Source of the DNA: Moraxella sp.
GTDB taxonomy: Bacteria; Pseudomonadota; Gammaproteobacteria; Pseudomonadales; Moraxellaceae
DNA length: 64,000 nt
Direction: 5' to 3'
Assembly (NCBI GenBank): GCA_041811915.1
Contig: JBGXSA010000021.1
Location: 2,656 to 66,655 of the forward strand
Part shown: positions 63,663-64,000 of the stretch, in pieces
Layout of the letters: each line of letters starts with the position of its first letter
Numbering within the stretch: position 1 is the first letter of the stretch
Position numbers and translations under genes: made by a program
Notes under the pieces: generated by a model
The model's input: only the letters and a program-made list of their open reading frames with translations
What the model was told of the DNA's origin: nothing
Databases searched by the model: none

Positions 63663-64000
63663 TCAATCACCGTAGTTATTGCCTGATGTGTCTTGGTTGT
63701 CATGCTTTAATACGCTATTAAATCCTTTAACTGATCTTTCGGCTAATCCACCACCTGCAGCTCCTGAAAAAGATGCCACATAAGTATTACTGAATCTTTG
63801 ACTCAACATACCAGCTACAATTGAACCTGTCATACCTTCTGCGGTAATATCGTTGCCAGCCGTAATATTATACATCGCATGAGTACCTCCACCTACTGCG
63901 CCACCCGATACAATAGCTCGCCCAGCAGGACTATTGACAGACTTAGACACTTCAAGAGTTGCTCTTACAAGTGGTGCCATACCGCCAGAAACTGATAGTA
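63663..64000 (-). CDS. double-glycine-leader bacteriocin/microcin-like precursor, 5' end outside the window
   Basis: The frame stays open upstream of the ATG at 63980 and reads (L/I/V)-L-S-V-S-G-G then MAPLVRATLEV...; 105-aa Gly/Ala/Ser-rich, Cys-free putative mature part; directly upstream of the HlyD and C39-ABC genes. Confidence 0.8.
   Translation of the reverse strand, partial: LSVSGGMAPLVRATLEVSKSVNSPAGRAIVSGGAVGGGTHAMYNITAGNDITAEGMTGSIVAGMLSQRFSNTYVASFSGAAGGGLAERSVKGFNSVLKHDNQDTSGNNYGD

Overview
A Moraxella-like (Moraxellaceae) chromosomal window, judged from gene order and protein features. It is mostly housekeeping: msrA-pabB-lgt-glnD, a WG-repeat protein, nsrR-norB (qNOR), an IS3/IS150-type element, the full S10-spc-alpha ribosomal cluster (minus strand), tsaD, lptM-lysA-dapF-xerC, tRNA-Gly/tRNA-fMet-rimP-nusA-infB, fur/bamE/rnfH, cytochromes c4/c5, yihA, rsmI, nfsA, smpB, rarD/Lrp, zipA-ligA, type-B L31 and serA. 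The right end is accessory: a LysR / 2-aminoadipate aminotransferase / hydroxyglutarate synthase (HglS/YdcJ) module, then an AT-rich microcin-like locus (double-glycine-leader precursor cut by the window edge, frameshifted HlyD adaptor, C39-peptidase ABC exporter). The most striking observations are: (1) this uncharacterised microcin-like system, whose adaptor is broken by one missing GA unit; (2) an in-frame rplC-rplD (L3-L4) fusion caused by TCA where the L3 stop is expected; (3) a compact lysine/2-aminoadipate-to-D-2-hydroxyglutarate module next to serA with an octamer VNTR; (4) REP-like repeat families and a low-GC cassette flanked by Neisseriaceae-DUS-like motifs; (5) a terminator-plus-promoter splitting the spc operon. 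Several single-base anomalies could be assembly errors and need read-level checks. All family assignments come from motif recognition; no searches were run.
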